Shown here piece after piece: positions 1 to 9,916 of a DNA stretch of 64,000 bases (positions are counted from its first letter, which is position 1; each line of letters begins with the position of its first letter). The notes beneath the pieces were generated by a model, which worked only from the letters and a program-made list of their open reading frames with translations, searched no databases and was not told the origin of the DNA. The stretch covers positions 61,095 through 125,094 of the forward strand of contig DATLOC010000053.1 of assembly GCA_035536455.1 (NCBI GenBank), given 5' to 3'. The DNA is from Thermoanaerobaculia bacterium (lineage in GTDB: Bacteria; Acidobacteriota; Thermoanaerobaculia; Multivoradales; UBA5704). The position numbers and the translations under genes are program-made.

Positions 1-1260
1 GGTCTCCTCCTCTTCGTCGGCCGGGGCGGCGCCCCGCCGCAGGGCCGCCGCGCGCCACTGCTCGAGCGTCTCTTCGCCCTCGCCGGTCGCCCGCACCAGC
101 AGCTCCAGGAGCAGGAGGCTGTCCTCGAAGTGGGGGCGGCGCGTGTAGCGGAGGCGGTCGGGAAGCTTCCAGCGCGGCTCGCAGAGGCGCCAGAAGCCGG
201 TCAGGGCCTGCACGACCTGCAGCGCCTTGGCGTTGGAGGCCGGGAAGCGCTGGAAGAAGCCGGAGGCGGTCTCGCGCACCAGGGCCTCGACGGCGGCGCG
301 GGTCAGCGGGCGCTGGTCGAGCGCCTCGACGTCGTAGCGGCGGAGGAGGACCTGGGGCAGGAGCAGGGCGCCGACGAGGACGGTGTCGGAGAGCTGCCGC
401 TCCTCGCCGACCAGGGCGTCGATCGAGGGCGGGATCTGCCCGAAGTCGCCCAGCCCGCGCTCCGCCGCCGAGACCATCGCGTAGGCCTCGGGCAGCAGCA
501 CCTCCATCATGCCCAGCTCGAGCATCCACTGCATCGCCGCGCCGGCGTGGCCGCAGCGCAGGAGCTGGGCGATCTCCTCGGTCAGGCGCGCCGGCGAGGC
601 GCGCTCGAGGTCGCGGCGGTGGCGGTGGATCGCCTCCTGGGTCGCGGCCTCGATGCCGAAGCCGAGCCGGCCGGCGAACTCGCAGGCGCGGAGCATCCGC
701 ACCGGGTCCTCGCGGAAACGGACGTCGGGGTCGCCGATCGCCCGCACCAGGCGGCTCTGGAGGTCGGGGATGCCGCCGGTGTAGTCGACGACGCTGAAGT
801 CGGCGACGTCGTAGAAGAGCGCGTTGATCGTGAAGTCGCGGCGGAAGGCGTCCTCGCGCGGCGAGCCCCAGAGGTTGTCGCTGGTGATGAGGACGTCGCG
901 CTCGGGCTCGCCCTCCTCCACCGCCGCCGCCGGCTCGGCGCCGCGGCGGAAGGTGGAGACCTCGACCACCTCGCCGTCGTGGAAGTAGACGTGGACCAGC
1001 CGGAACCGGCGGCCGATGACCCGCGAGTTGCCGAAGAGGCGGCGCACCTCGTTGGGGCGGGCGTCGGTGCCGACGTCGTAGTCCTTGGGCCGCCGCCCGA
1101 GCATCAGGTCGCGCACGCTCCCCCCCACCAGGTGAGCCTTGTAACCGGCCGAGTGCAGCCGGTACATGACCTTGAGGGCGTTGCGGCTGATGTTCTTGCG
1201 GGAGATCGGGTGGTCCTGCCGCGGCAAGATCAGCGGCGCCACCCCACTGCGTTCACGCAT
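1..1260 (-). CDS. pcnB: poly(A) polymerase I / CCA-adding nucleotidyltransferase family protein; C-terminus runs off the left window edge
   Basis: Not in the ORF track because there is no stop inside the window. My own minus-strand translation from ATG 1260..1258 gives MRERSGVAPLILPRQDHPISRKNISRNALKVMYRLHSAGYKAHLVGGSVRDLMLGRRPKDYDVGTDARPNEV...RRDFTINALFYD. These are the GG-VRD / DxD / RRDFTINA head-domain motifs of PcnB-type nucleotidyltransferases. Confidence 0.8.
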   Translation of the reverse strand, partial: MRERSGVAPLILPRQDHPISRKNISRNALKVMYRLHSAGYKAHLVGGSVRDLMLGRRPKDYDVGTDARPNEVRRLFGNSRVIGRRFRLVHVYFHDGEVVEVSTFRRGAEPAAAVEEGEPERDVLITSDNLWGSPREDAFRRDFTINALFYDVADFSVVDYTGGIPDLQSRLVRAIGDPDVRFREDPVRMLRACEFAGRLGFGIEAATQEAIHRHRRDLERASPARLTEEIAQLLRCGHAGAAMQWMLELGMMEVLLPEAYAMVSAAERGLGDFGQIPPSIDALVGEERQLSDTVLVGALLLPQVLLRRYDVEALDQRPLTRAAVEALVRETASGFFQRFPASNAKALQVVQALTGFWRLCEPRWKLPDRLRYTRRPHFEDSLLLLELLVRATGEGEETLEQWRAAALRRGAAPADEEEET

Positions 1261-1312
1261 CCGGCCGATTGTATAGGAGGCGCCGGGCCCTTTTTCCGTC
1301 ATACTTACGCCC

Positions 1313-3745
1313 ATGCCCCCGCGTTTCGACCTGGAGCGGCGGACGCTCGAGCTGGCGGTGGCGGACCTGCTGGAGGCGGGGCTGCTGCGCACGCTCGGGT
1401 TCTCGCAGCGCGGCGGCTACGAGCGCCTCTGGCTGGGGCAGGCGATCCACAGCCGCTACCAGGAGCAGGCGCTGGCCGGCGACCCGAGCTACCGCCGCGA
1501 GGTGTGCGTGGCGTGCAGCTTCCCGCACCGCGGCTGGGAGGTGACGGTCTCGGGCCGCATCGACGGCTTGCGCCGCGAGCCGGACGGCACGCTGGTCGTC
1601 GAGGAGATCAAGTCGGTGCGGCGCGGCGCCGCGCTGCCGCCGGCGCAGCGCGAGATGTACCAGCGGCAGGCCCTCCTCTACGCCTGGATCGTCGCGCAGT
1701 GCGAGGAGGCGCCGGTGCGCGCCGAGCTGGTGCTCATCTCGATCGGCAGCGACGAGGTGGAGCGCGAGGAGCTGGCGGCCGACCCGCGCGGCCTGGAGCA
1801 CGCGGTCCACCGCCGCATCAACGCGCTCATCGCCGCCTACGAGGCCGAAGCCGAGGCCGCGGCGGCACGACGCGCGGCGGCGGGGCGGCTCGCCTTCCCC
1901 TACCGCGAGCTGCGCCCGGGGCAGGAGGAGATCCTCGCGGCGGTGGGGACCGCGCTCGCCAACGGCGAGCATGTTCTCCTCCAGGCGGCGACCGGCATCG
2001 GCAAGACGGTGGCGGCGCTCTACCCCGCCTTGCGCTACGCCCTGGAGCACGACAAGCGCCTCTTCGTCCTGACCGCCAAGACCCTGCAGCAGGAGATGGC
2101 GGGGGCGGTGCTGCGCCTTCTCAACACCGAGGGCGCCTTCCGCTCGCTCCGCCTGCGCGCCAAGGCCAAGATGTGCGCCAACGAGCAGGTGATCTGCCAC
2201 GAGGAGTACTGCCGCTACGCCAAGGACTACGCACTGAAGCTCCAGGGGAGCGGCCTGGTGCGGCGGCTCCTCGACGAGCACCCGACGCTCGAGCCGGACG
2301 ACGTCTTCCGCGCCGCGCAGGCGACGGAGGTCTGCCCCTTCGAGGTGAGCCTCGAGCTCCTGGGGCGGGCGCAGGTCACGGTCTGCGACTACAACTACGC
2401 CTTCGATCCCTACGTCTCGCTCCCCGACTTCGGCCCCGACCGCGACCTCTCGGACGTGGTGCTGGTGATCGACGAGATCCACAACCTGGTGGACCGCGGG
2501 CGCGGCTACTACAGCCCGGAGCTCTCGGCCGGGGAGGCGCGGCGGGCGGGGGAGGTCGTGGGGCGGGGCGGCGAGCCGATCCACTTCGAGATCGAGCGCC
2601 TGTGCATGGCGCTCGCGACGCTCATCGAGCGCACCGTGGACGACGCGCTGGAAGAGGGGCCGCCGGGGGAGCGCGCGGTCGAGGTGCCGCTCCCCGAGGA
2701 CCGCCTCTGGATGCTGCGCCCAGACCTCGACGCCGCGTTCGTCGATTACCTCGAGCACCAGCGCTCGACCCGCACCTTCCGCGCCGACGACCCGTTCGTC
2801 GATCTCTACTTCGACGTGCTGCGGTTCTTGAACGGCCTGGTGGTCTCCGACGAGGCCTTCAGCCACTACGTCGAGCGGCGCGGCGGCGACAGCCGCTGGA
2901 AGGTGCTGTGCAAGGACCCGAGCCGCTTTCTGGGCGGCGTCGTCCGCCGGTCGCATGCGACGATCGGGCTCTCGGCGACGCTCTCGCCGCCGCAGTTCTA
3001 CTTCGACCTGCTGGGCTTCGAGGCCGGGCGGACGGCGTTCGTCGAGCTGCCCAACCCCTTCCCGGCCGAGAACCGGCGGGTGGTGATCGACTCGACGGTG
3101 GCGACGGCGTACAAGGAGCGGGAGGCCAACTACGAGCGGCTGGCCGAGCGGCTGGCCGAGTTCGCCGAGGCGGTGCCCGGCAACTGCCTGGCGCTCTTCC
3201 CGAGCTACAACTTCCTGGCCGAGGTGGCCGGGCGGATGCGGCTGCGCGGCAAGCGCGTCCTGGTGCAGCGGCAGGTGGACGGCGACCGCGAGCGCGAGGC
3301 GATTCTCGACGCGCTGCGGCTGGCGGTGCTCGGCGACGTGCTGCTGCTGGCGGTGGCGGGCGGGGTCTTCGCCGAAGGGGTGGACTACCCGGGCGACATG
3401 CTGCGCGGCGTGGCGGTGGTCGGGCCGTGCCTGCCGGCGCTGACGCTCGAGCAGCAGCTCCTCAAGGCCTACTACGAGGAGCGCTTCGAGAAGGGCTTCG
3501 AGTACGCTTTCGTGGTGCCCGGGATGACCCGCGTCGTGCAGGCCGCCGGGCGGCTCATCCGCTCGGCCCACGACACCGGCGTCATCGCCCTCTTCGACCG
3601 CCGCTTCCTCCACGTCCCCTACCGCGACCACCTCCCCGCCGACTGGCTCCCCGGCGAAGGCGCCGGCGCCCTGGTCGGCGAGCCGGGGGCGGTGGCCGAG
3701 GAGTTCTTCCGCGGGTTGACGGCAATGCAACGCCAGCGGGCGTGA
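1313..3745 (+). CDS. XPD/DinG-family Fe-S DNA helicase with N-terminal PD-(D/E)XK (RecB/Cas4-like) nuclease domain
   Basis: 810-aa ORF. The N-terminus has GRIDGL (D), VVEEIKS (ExK) and QALLYAW (QxxxY) nuclease motifs. Helicase features: Walker A ATGIGKT; Cys cluster CANEQVICHEEYC...CPFE...CDYNY (XPD-type 4Fe-4S); DEIH box VIDEIHNL; C-terminal motifs GVFAEGVDYPG and QAAGRLIRS. Confidence 0.85.
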   Translation: MPPRFDLERRTLELAVADLLEAGLLRTLGFSQRGGYERLWLGQAIHSRYQEQALAGDPSYRREVCVACSFPHRGWEVTVSGRIDGLRREPDGTLVVEEIKSVRRGAALPPAQREMYQRQALLYAWIVAQCEEAPVRAELVLISIGSDEVEREELAADPRGLEHAVHRRINALIAAYEAEAEAAAARRAAAGRLAFPYRELRPGQEEILAAVGTALANGEHVLLQAATGIGKTVAALYPALRYALEHDKRLFVLTAKTLQQEMAGAVLRLLNTEGAFRSLRLRAKAKMCANEQVICHEEYCRYAKDYALKLQGSGLVRRLLDEHPTLEPDDVFRAAQATEVCPFEVSLELLGRAQVTVCDYNYAFDPYVSLPDFGPDRDLSDVVLVIDEIHNLVDRGRGYYSPELSAGEARRAGEVVGRGGEPIHFEIERLCMALATLIERTVDDALEEGPPGERAVEVPLPEDRLWMLRPDLDAAFVDYLEHQRSTRTFRADDPFVDLYFDVLRFLNGLVVSDEAFSHYVERRGGDSRWKVLCKDPSRFLGGVVRRSHATIGLSATLSPPQFYFDLLGFEAGRTAFVELPNPFPAENRRVVIDSTVATAYKEREANYERLAERLAEFAEAVPGNCLALFPSYNFLAEVAGRMRLRGKRVLVQRQVDGDREREAILDALRLAVLGDVLLLAVAGGVFAEGVDYPGDMLRGVAVVGPCLPALTLEQQLLKAYYEERFEKGFEYAFVVPGMTRVVQAAGRLIRSAHDTGVIALFDRRFLHVPYRDHLPADWLPGEGAGALVGEPGAVAEEFFRGLTAMQRQRA

Positions 3746-3759
3746 GAGGAAGACGACGA

Positions 3760-4344
3760 GTGCAGCTCGAGAGGCCAGCGCGGTTGCCGACGGTGAACGA
3801 TCCGTTCACCAAGGAGGAGCTCCTCGACGAGCTGCGTTCCCTGCACGAGCAGAGCACCGCGTTCTGGGAGTCGTTTCCGACGGCGGAGTTCTTCGTCTCA
3901 CTCGGCGAGGCCTGGTCGCCGGCGGACAACGTACGGCACCTCCTCAAGTCGAACCGGCCTGTGGCGCGGGCGCTCGGGACGGCGCGGGTGGCGCTGGCGC
4001 TTCGCTTCGGGGTCGGCTTCCGGGAGTCGAGGAGCTACGCCGAGATCCGGGAGACCTATCGCACGGCGCTGGCGGGCGGGGTGACCGCCGGCCGCTTCGC
4101 GCCCCGCCCCGAGCCGGCGCCCGCCGACCCCGAGACGGCGCGCCGGGCGCTCATGGAGCAACGCGAGGCCACCGCCTCCGCGCTCGCATCGGCCCTCGCG
4201 CGCTGGGGCGAGGGTGCGCTCGACCGGCTCCGGCTGCCGCACCCCGCGCTCGGCAAGCTCACGACCCGCGAGATGCTCTTCTTCACCCTTTACCACAACC
4301 TCCACCACGTCCTGAACGTCGCGCGGCGGACGGGGCGCGGCTAG
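3760..4344 (+). CDS. DinB-family (DinB_2) protein
   Basis: Only the last ~195 codons of the 130..4344 frame look real. GTG 3760 is preceded by GAGAGGA (3744-3750); an alternative GTG lies at 3793. WSPADNVRHLLKSNRPV ... TREMLFFTLYHNLHHVLNV is typical of the DinB four-helix-bundle His-triad family. Confidence 0.7.
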   Translation: MQLERPARLPTVNDPFTKEELLDELRSLHEQSTAFWESFPTAEFFVSLGEAWSPADNVRHLLKSNRPVARALGTARVALALRFGVGFRESRSYAEIRETYRTALAGGVTAGRFAPRPEPAPADPETARRALMEQREATASALASALARWGEGALDRLRLPHPALGKLTTREMLFFTLYHNLHHVLNVARRTGRG

Positions 4345-4351
4345 CCTCGCC

Positions 4352-4660
4352 ATGCCGGACTTCTACTCGCTCTTCCTGGCCGCCGCGATCGCGCTCGTGG
4401 GTGGGGCGCTGGGGGCGGCGGCGCTGTTTCGAATCGGCGCGCTGGGGTGGCGCTGGCGCGGGGCGGTGCGGACTGCGGCGTTGGCCGGCTTGGCGCTGGG
4501 TGCGGCGGCGGCGCTCGTCCACCTGCGGATGGATCATGAGCCCGGGACTCCGGCCGCGCTCGGCTGGAGCGAGTTCTTCGTCGAGCACCCGGCGCTCATC
4601 GTCGTCGCGGTCGGCGGCCTGCTGGCCGTCTGGCTCTCGGCCTGGCGGCGCGGCCCGTAG
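4352..4660 (+). CDS. small hypothetical membrane protein (about 3 TM helices)
   Basis: 102-aa ORF starting 8 nt after the DinB stop. It contains hydrophobic helices (LFLAAAIALVGGALGAAALF, AALAGLALGAAAALV, ALIVVAVGGLLAVWL). No family recognised. Confidence 0.5.
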   Translation: MPDFYSLFLAAAIALVGGALGAAALFRIGALGWRWRGAVRTAALAGLALGAAAALVHLRMDHEPGTPAALGWSEFFVEHPALIVVAVGGLLAVWLSAWRRGP

Positions 4661-4681
4661 CCGCGGCGGCGGCCCGCCGGC

Positions 4682-6313
<1,632 letters not shown>

Positions 6314-6417
6314 CGGGGGGGGATGCTAGCAGCCGCAAACGTTTGGGCCGGTCCCGCCGTATATAGGGGTGAACGGACGAGAGACGGAACAGCTCCTTCT
6401 CCCGGATCCCTCCTCCA

Positions 6418-6442
6418 CCCCGCCGCGAGGCGGGGTTTTTTT
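6418..6442. terminator. GC-rich hairpin (CCCCGCC-GCGA-GGCGGGG) with T7 run on the plus strand and A-run on the minus strand
   Basis: Stem 6418-6424 / 6429-6435, loop GCGA, T-run 6436-6442. It sits 5 nt downstream of the TAA stop of the minus-strand gene 6441..6995, so it probably terminates the ECF operon. However, the canonical U-tract is only present for plus-strand transcription. Confidence 0.55.
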
Positions 6443-6995
6443 ATGGCCCGAGCGGCCGGCGCCCGGGGGGGAACCGCCGCCCCTGGCCGGCGCGCAGCCG
6501 GCGCACGAACTCCAGGAACAGCCGCTCCTGCTCGCCGTCCAGGACGGCGCGGCTGTCGACGACGTTGGCGGCCATCGCCCCCTCCAGCTTGGCGTAGCTG
6601 CGGCCGATCTGCTCGACCAGGGCGTCGATCCGCGCCCGGCGCGGCGCGGGGGCCAGGAGCTCCTGCCGCAGCTCGCGGTGGAGCTCGGCGAGGACGCGGC
6701 GCTCCTCGCGGCTGGTCGCGAAGAAGCGGCGCTGGATCGCCAGGAAGCGCCGCTTCTCCTCGCCCTCGAGCCGCATCTCCTCGACCAGCCGCTGGAGGCG
6801 CCGCTGCGGCCCGCCGGGTCCCGGGCGCGCCGCCGGGCCGTCGTCCGGCCGCCGGTCGAACGCCGGCGGTGGCGGCGCCGGGAGGGGTGCGACCGTCGTC
6901 TCCTCCCGCGCGCGCTGGGTGGCCAACGTGGCGAGGATGCCGACGTTCACCCCCAGCGACAGCAAAAGGGCGAGGACCAGCCCCCAGCGCCTCAC
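6441..6995 (-). CDS. periplasmic Spy/CpxP-like (heavy-metal-sensor family) protein
   Basis: GTG 6995 overlaps the anti-sigma stop (GTGA). N-terminal TM/signal VRRWGLVLALLLSLGVNVGILATLA. The helical Arg/Glu-rich body (EEKRRFLAIQRRFFATSREERRVLAELHRELRQELL...ALVEQIGRSYAKLEGAM) is typical of the third gene of ECF/anti-sigma operons. Confidence 0.6.
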   Translation of the reverse strand: MRRWGLVLALLLSLGVNVGILATLATQRAREETTVAPLPAPPPPAFDRRPDDGPAARPGPGGPQRRLQRLVEEMRLEGEEKRRFLAIQRRFFATSREERRVLAELHRELRQELLAPAPRRARIDALVEQIGRSYAKLEGAMAANVVDSRAVLDGEQERLFLEFVRRLRAGQGRRFPPGRRPLGP

Positions 6996-7480
6996 GAGCC
7001 CTCCCCGTCCTCGCCGGCCAGCGCCGCCAAGTACTCCTCGGCCAGGCTGGGAGCGAGGAAGCCACCCTCCTCCTCGCCGGCCGGCGCCGTCTCGACGACG
7101 GCCGCGGCCGCGGTCGCCGCCGACGGGCGCTCCGCCGGCCGCCGCAGAGTGCCGAGGCCGGCGCCGGCGACGATCCCGGCGGCGAGCGCCGCCGCCCCCG
7201 CCGCCCGCACCCAGAGCGGCGCGAGCCTCCAGGAAAGGACGGGCGCCCCCTCGGCCTCGCGCCGCGCCCGCGCCATCACCTCGCCCGCGAAGCCGGGCGG
7301 CACCGGCGCGCCGGGCACCGGCCCGGCGTCCCGCCAGGCGCCTTCCAGCCGCCGCCACGCTGCGGCCAGCTCCGGCTCGCGCGCCAGCCGCGCCCGCAGC
7401 GCCGCCGCCTGCTCCCGCGGCAGCTCGCCGGCCAAGAGGCGCACCAGCTCTTCCCTGTCGTGCCCGCTCATCGCTCGCAC
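6992..7480 (-). CDS. putative anti-sigma factor (single-pass membrane protein)
   Basis: Lies directly downstream of the ECF sigma gene (16-nt gap). It has an N-terminal helical cytoplasmic segment (LVRLLAGELPREQAAALRARLAREPELAAAWRRLE) and one TM helix (LWVRAAGAAALAAGIVAGAGLG). The call rests on position plus architecture only. Confidence 0.6.
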   Translation of the reverse strand: MRAMSGHDREELVRLLAGELPREQAAALRARLAREPELAAAWRRLEGAWRDAGPVPGAPVPPGFAGEVMARARREAEGAPVLSWRLAPLWVRAAGAAALAAGIVAGAGLGTLRRPAERPSAATAAAAVVETAPAGEEEGGFLAPSLAEEYLAALAGEDGEGS

Positions 7481-7495
7481 CTCCCTTGAAACCAG

Positions 7496-8089
7496 CTATT
7501 CATCGCGATCCTGCGCCGCTTCGAGCCGGCGCATCGCCCGCACCAGGCGGCTCTCGACCGCCCCTTCCGTGATCCCCAGGACCGCCGCCGCCTCGCGGTA
7601 GGAGAGCTCCTCGAAGCGCACCAGCACCAGCACCGCCCGCTGACCCGGCGGCAGCCGCTCGATCGCCCGGCGCGTCGCGTGCCAGCGCCGGCGGGCCAGG
7701 AGCTCGGCCTCGGGGCCGGCGCGCCCGTCGGCGGGCTCGAGCGGCGGCGCCTCGTCCTCGCCCGCTCCCTCTCCCAGGCGGATGAAGCGCACCACCCGCC
7801 GCCGGCGCAGCAGGTTCAGGCAGTGGTTGACGGCGATGCGATAGAGCCAGGTGTAGACCTGGCCGCGCGGGCGGTAGCTCCCCGCCTTGCGGAAGGCCTT
7901 GAGGAAGACCTCCTGCGCCGCGTCGCGCGCCTCCTCGACGTCGCCGAGCAGGCGCTCGCAGAGCCGCAGGAGGCGCTGCTCGTGCCCCGCCACCAGCGGC
8001 GCGAAGGCCTCCACCTCGCCGGCGGCCACCCGCCGCAGCAGCTCCCAGCCCGGATCGGCGGCGTCCGCGTCGTTGAGCCCCGCTGCCAC
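7496..8089 (-). CDS. ECF-type RNA polymerase sigma-70 family factor
   Basis: Region 2: EVFLKAFRKAGSYRPRGQVYTWLYRIAVNHCLNLLRRRR. Region 4 HTH: LPPGQRAVLVLVRFEELSYREAAAVLGITEGAVESRLVRAMRRL. Confidence 0.9.
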   Translation of the reverse strand: MAAGLNDADAADPGWELLRRVAAGEVEAFAPLVAGHEQRLLRLCERLLGDVEEARDAAQEVFLKAFRKAGSYRPRGQVYTWLYRIAVNHCLNLLRRRRVVRFIRLGEGAGEDEAPPLEPADGRAGPEAELLARRRWHATRRAIERLPPGQRAVLVLVRFEELSYREAAAVLGITEGAVESRLVRAMRRLEAAQDRDE

Positions 8090-8106
8090 GCGCCTTGTGG
8101 AACCCC

Positions 8107-8367
8107 TCAGTCGGGCGGCCCCTGCGCGCGGTCCCGCCCCTCGGCCCAGCGCTGGCAGCGGCGATGGAGGGTGACGAGGAGCCAGGCGTCCTTGTCAGCG
8201 ATGCGGTCCCAGCGGTAGGTCAGGACGAGCGCCACCTCGTGGAGGATGCGCTCGGCCTCGGCGGCGGGGAGCCGGAAGCGCGCGAAGAGGCGCTCGGCAT
8301 CGGGCTGCAGCCGGCGCAGCAGCTCGGCCAGCCCCTCGCTGCCCGAGGGGCCCTTGGACGGGACCAT
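8107..8367 (-). CDS. hypothetical 86-aa protein, weakly sigma-70 region-2-like
   Basis: ORF lies 18 nt upstream of the ECF sigma gene on the same strand. AEAERILHEVALVLTYRWDRIADKDAWLLVTLHRRC resembles the sigma region 2 helix pattern, but no region 4 is present. Coding status is uncertain. Confidence 0.35.
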   Translation of the reverse strand: MVPSKGPSGSEGLAELLRRLQPDAERLFARFRLPAAEAERILHEVALVLTYRWDRIADKDAWLLVTLHRRCQRWAEGRDRAQGPPD

Positions 8368-8427
8368 AAGAAGAGCGCGCGTCGCGGCGCGCGGGGGAAC
8401 GAGCTTAGGGGCGCAGCGTCCGGAGCA

Positions 8428-8799
8428 TCACGCGACGCGGCTCTCCGCCGCCTCGTGCATCTCGTCGGGGTCGTACTCGTAGAGCAGCGAGCGGACGGTC
8501 AGGCTCGGCGCCACCGCCATCCCCTCCTCGTAGCTCCACATCGGGATCGTCTCCCACGGGCAGTAGCGGGCGCAGAGCTGGCAGCCGATGCAGCGCTCCA
8601 GGTCCACCTCGACGAGTTTCATGAAGTCGCGGTGCTCGGGGCCGGGGACGATCTCGATGCAGTCCACCGGGCAGAAGGCGATGCAGGCCTCGCAGCCGGT
8701 GCAGCCGGTCTGGTCGATGACCGCGAGCTGCTTCGGCGCCTTGGCGCGCGGCGGCTTGTCGATCTCGATCTTCTTGGCGTAGGGGAAGCTCTCGGGCAT
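8428..8799 (-). CDS. 4Fe-4S dicluster ferredoxin-domain protein
   Basis: Two CxxCxxCxxxCP motifs (CTGCEACIAFCP and CIGCQLCARYCP). I placed the start at ATG 8799 (MPESFPY...) because the longer 8865 start would overlap the divergent luxE-like gene. Confidence 0.8.
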   Translation of the reverse strand: MPESFPYAKKIEIDKPPRAKAPKQLAVIDQTGCTGCEACIAFCPVDCIEIVPGPEHRDFMKLVEVDLERCIGCQLCARYCPWETIPMWSYEEGMAVAPSLTVRSLLYEYDPDEMHEAAESRVA

Positions 8800-8863
8800 C
8801 GGGTCTCCGGCCGCGGACAGCGCGCGAAAGATATCAAAAAAGGCCGTGGCAGAATCCCCGGCC

Positions 8864-9910
8864 ATGATCGTCGAGCGGGTAGCGCGCTTCGTCGGGGACC
8901 CGCGGGCGGAGTCGTTCGACGAGCTGGCCCTGGCCGCCTTCGCCTGGCAGCACGAGCGGATCGAGCCCTACCGCCGCCTCTGCGCGGCGCGCGGTGCGAC
9001 ACCCGCGACGGTCGCCGACTGGCGGCAGGTGCCGCCGGTCCCCGCCTCGGCCTTCAAGACGATGGAGCTGGCCGCGGCGCCGGCGGTCGAGGTCTTCAGG
9101 AGCAGCGGCACGACGGCGGGGCCGGAGGAGCGGAGCGTCCACCGACACCCCTTCCCGGACCTCTACCGGCAGACGATCGACGCCGCCTTCCCGGGCTTCT
9201 GCCTGCCCGTGCCGGCTCCTCTTCCGATGCTCTCGCTGATCCCGCCGCGTGTGCAGGCCCCGGACTCCAGCCTCGCCTTCATGATCGACCACGTCCTCGC
9301 CCGCTGGGGCGGGCCGGAGAGCGCCGTCGCCGTCGGCCCGCGCGGCGTCGAGGCGGCGCGCGCCCGCTCCTGGGCCGGGGCCCGCCAGCGCGAGGGGCGG
9401 CCGGTGCTGGTGCTCGGCACTTCGCTCGCCCATCTGCAGTGGCTGGAGACGCTGGAGCGGCAGGACCTGCGCTTCCGCCTGCCGGCCGGGAGCGCGGTCT
9501 TCGACACCGGCGGCTTCAAGGGACGAGGACGGGAAACGGCGCCCGGCGAGCTGCAGGCGCGGCTCGCCGACCGCCTCGCGGTGCCGGCCGACCGCGTGGT
9601 GCGCGAGTACGGGATGACCGAGCTGACGAGTCAGCTCTACACGCGGGCGCTCGCCGGCGGCGACCCCGACCTGTTCGTGGCGCCGCACTGGGTGCGGGTG
9701 CGGGTACTCGATCCGGAGACGTTAGAAGAGGCGCCGGCTGGGCGTCCGGGGTTGGTGGCCGTCTTCGACCTCGCCAACCTGGGGTCGGCCGTCCATCTCT
9801 TGACCGAGGACTTGGGCGCGATGGAAGAGGGAGGGGTCCGTCTCCTCGGCCGCGCAGCGGGCGCCGGCCTGCGCGGCTGCTCGCTGGCGGCCGAGGAGCT
9901 GGGAACCTGA
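8864..9910 (+). CDS. LuxE-family acyl-protein synthetase / acyl-adenylate-forming enzyme
   Basis: W..VPPVPASAFK...VFRSSGTTAG...SVHRH near the N-terminus and FDTGGFKGR / EYGMTE / LRGCSL further on match the LuxE (PF04443-type) layout. The ATG at 8864 is in frame with the 8846 ORF-track start. Confidence 0.75.
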   Translation: MIVERVARFVGDPRAESFDELALAAFAWQHERIEPYRRLCAARGATPATVADWRQVPPVPASAFKTMELAAAPAVEVFRSSGTTAGPEERSVHRHPFPDLYRQTIDAAFPGFCLPVPAPLPMLSLIPPRVQAPDSSLAFMIDHVLARWGGPESAVAVGPRGVEAARARSWAGARQREGRPVLVLGTSLAHLQWLETLERQDLRFRLPAGSAVFDTGGFKGRGRETAPGELQARLADRLAVPADRVVREYGMTELTSQLYTRALAGGDPDLFVAPHWVRVRVLDPETLEEAPAGRPGLVAVFDLANLGSAVHLLTEDLGAMEEGGVRLLGRAAGAGLRGCSLAAEELGT

Positions 9911-9916
9911 GCCGTC

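Noticed and set aside
1253-3730. 825-aa minus-strand ORF antisense to the helicase gene
   Set aside because: It has no recognisable domains and low-complexity R/A/G/L composition. The plus-strand frame carries complete nuclease and helicase motifs.
130-4344. 1404-aa plus-strand ORF, the longest in the track
   Set aside because: It has an Arg/Ala/Gly/Pro-dominated composition with no motifs. It is antisense to a clearly real pcnB (1..1260) and out of frame with the motif-rich helicase gene (1313..3745). Only its last ~195 codons (3760..4344, DinB family) look genuine. It is a typical GC-driven shadow ORF.
8396-8420. ECF-type promoter-like motif GGAAC-N16-CGTC on the plus strand near the ECF sigma operon
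   Set aside because: Its orientation points away from the sigma operon and antisense into the ferredoxin gene. Both half-motifs are short and CGTC is very frequent in GC-rich DNA, so a chance occurrence is likely.
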